DNA of 32,000 nt. Source: Aneurinibacillus danicus. GTDB lineage: Bacteria; Bacillota; Bacilli; Aneurinibacillales; Aneurinibacillaceae. Shown piece after piece: positions 31,383 through 32,000 of the stretch (within the stretch, counting starts at the first letter, position 1; the number at the start of each line of letters is the position of its first letter). A program made the translations under genes and the position numbers. Where the stretch lies: NCBI RefSeq assembly GCF_007991215.1, contig NZ_BJXX01000047.1, forward strand, positions 1-32,000, read 5' to 3'. The notes under the pieces were generated by a model, which was not told the origin of the DNA, made no database searches, and was given only the letters and a program-made list of their open reading frames with translations.

Positions 31383-32000
31383 GTGAGTATAACAAAGCAA
31401 AAACAATTGCTCGCTCCCTTAACTATAGGTTCCATAGAGATACCTAACCGTGTAGTTTTTGGGGCGCATCCGACAAACTTTGCCGAGAAAAATATACCGG
31501 GGGAAAGGCATCTGCATTATTACGAAGAAAGAGCCAGAGGCGGAGCCGGTCTTATCATTGTAGAAGAAGGATATGTGCACGAGTCTGACTTTCCTTATGA
31601 ATATGCCATTCTAGCTTATAAACCGGAAGTAACGGAAGGATACAGGCAGCTCACTGATGCTGTTCATAAGTATGGTACAAAGATATTTGCACAGTTAGGT
31701 CACAGCGGGAGCCAGGCAGACAGCAGCCTGAGCCAGCGGGAACTATGGTCACCTTCCGGATTTCAGACAGATGCGGAAGTACCGAAGATTATGGAGCAGG
31801 AAGATATTCAGGCGGTAGTACGGGGATTTGTTACCTCTTCCCGGCATGTTAAGGAGGCGGGCGTTGACGGCATCGAATTAAATGGCGGGCAGCGTTCATT
31901 GATTCGTCAGTTTATGTCAGGACTAACGAATCATCGGCAGGATGAATACGGGGGAACGCTGGAAAATCGTTTGCGGTTTGTTAGAGAGATTATCGCTGCT
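31383..32000 (+). CDS. Old Yellow Enzyme / FadH-type FMN oxidoreductase, 5' part (runs off the window)
   Basis: It is absent from the ORF track because no stop is reached. GTG at 31383 follows GGCGGGGGA. The frame is open for 206 codons: ...LAPLTIGSIEIPNRVVFGAHPTNF...ERARGGAGLIIVEE...IFAQLGHSG...GVDGIELNG...NHRQDEYGG, the classic OYE N-terminal TIM-barrel motifs. Confidence 0.8.
   Translation, partial: MSITKQKQLLAPLTIGSIEIPNRVVFGAHPTNFAEKNIPGERHLHYYEERARGGAGLIIVEEGYVHESDFPYEYAILAYKPEVTEGYRQLTDAVHKYGTKIFAQLGHSGSQADSSLSQRELWSPSGFQTDAEVPKIMEQEDIQAVVRGFVTSSRHVKEAGVDGIELNGGQRSLIRQFMSGLTNHRQDEYGGTLENRLRFVREIIAA

Noticed and set aside
1-32000. Searched for CRISPR arrays, tRNA/rRNA genes, transposases, integrases, phage genes, toxin-antitoxin pairs or defence-type nucleases and ATPases.
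   Set aside because: None was found by eye. Apart from the repeat-bounded region at 7090-7530 and the ligase remnant, there are no signs of mobile DNA.

Overview
The window looks like a chromosomal segment from an endospore-forming Firmicute (Bacillales-like). Supporting signs are GGAGG-type Shine-Dalgarno sites, sigma-A type promoters, three S-box riboswitches, lipobox lipoproteins and Bacillus-named small-protein families (YezD, YheC/D, YhfH). No rRNA, tRNA, CRISPR array, transposase or integrase was seen.

**Layout**
- **1-1.3 kb:** an unknown 292-aa protein and a deletion remnant of an acyl-CoA synthetase.
- **1.3-17.4 kb, sulfur-acquisition island:**
  - S-box riboswitch 1, then the sulfate ABC transporter cysPTWA and yezD.
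  - A divergent DUF2325 gene.
  - S-box riboswitch 2, then only a 59-aa ORF, followed by about 430 nt of ORF-free, hairpin-dense sequence bracketed by direct repeats.
  - S-box riboswitch 3, then a six-gene operon: GctAB-like CoA-transferase, a NitT/TauT-type ABC importer, and a crotonase-fold protein lacking both catalytic glutamates.
  - ssuDBCA, with its own promoter, a CymR-box-like site and a leader terminator.
- **17.5-20.4 kb:** kynurenine pathway genes kynU-kynA-kynB.
- **20.6-21.0 kb:** doxX.
- **21.1-25.0 kb:** an OmpR-type two-component system. Three promoters share one architecture (tandem 11-bp TTTCAC repeats, 5 nt, then a -10). They sit upstream of the TCS itself, a His-rich membrane protein plus PspA homolog, and a divergent PepSY-TM gene.
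- **25.2-28.0 kb:** a YheC/D ATP-grasp gene, a start-less YhfH-like frame, and a hyi / 3-hydroxyacid dehydrogenase pair.
- **28.4-32.0 kb:** an orphan divergent hfq paralog with a long pyrimidine-rich 3' region, then a mycofactocin-type RiPP cluster. The cluster order is mftA (core ...IDCICGVY), an SDR nicotinoprotein-type gene, mftB, mftC and an OYE/FadH-type flavoenzyme that is cut by the window edge.

**Most interesting items**
- The SAM-gated CoA-transferase / importer / atypical crotonase operon, whose function is not explained by known S-box regulon members.
- The mycofactocin cluster in a non-actinobacterial setting with non-canonical gene order.
- The self-contained TCS regulon that can be read directly from the promoters.
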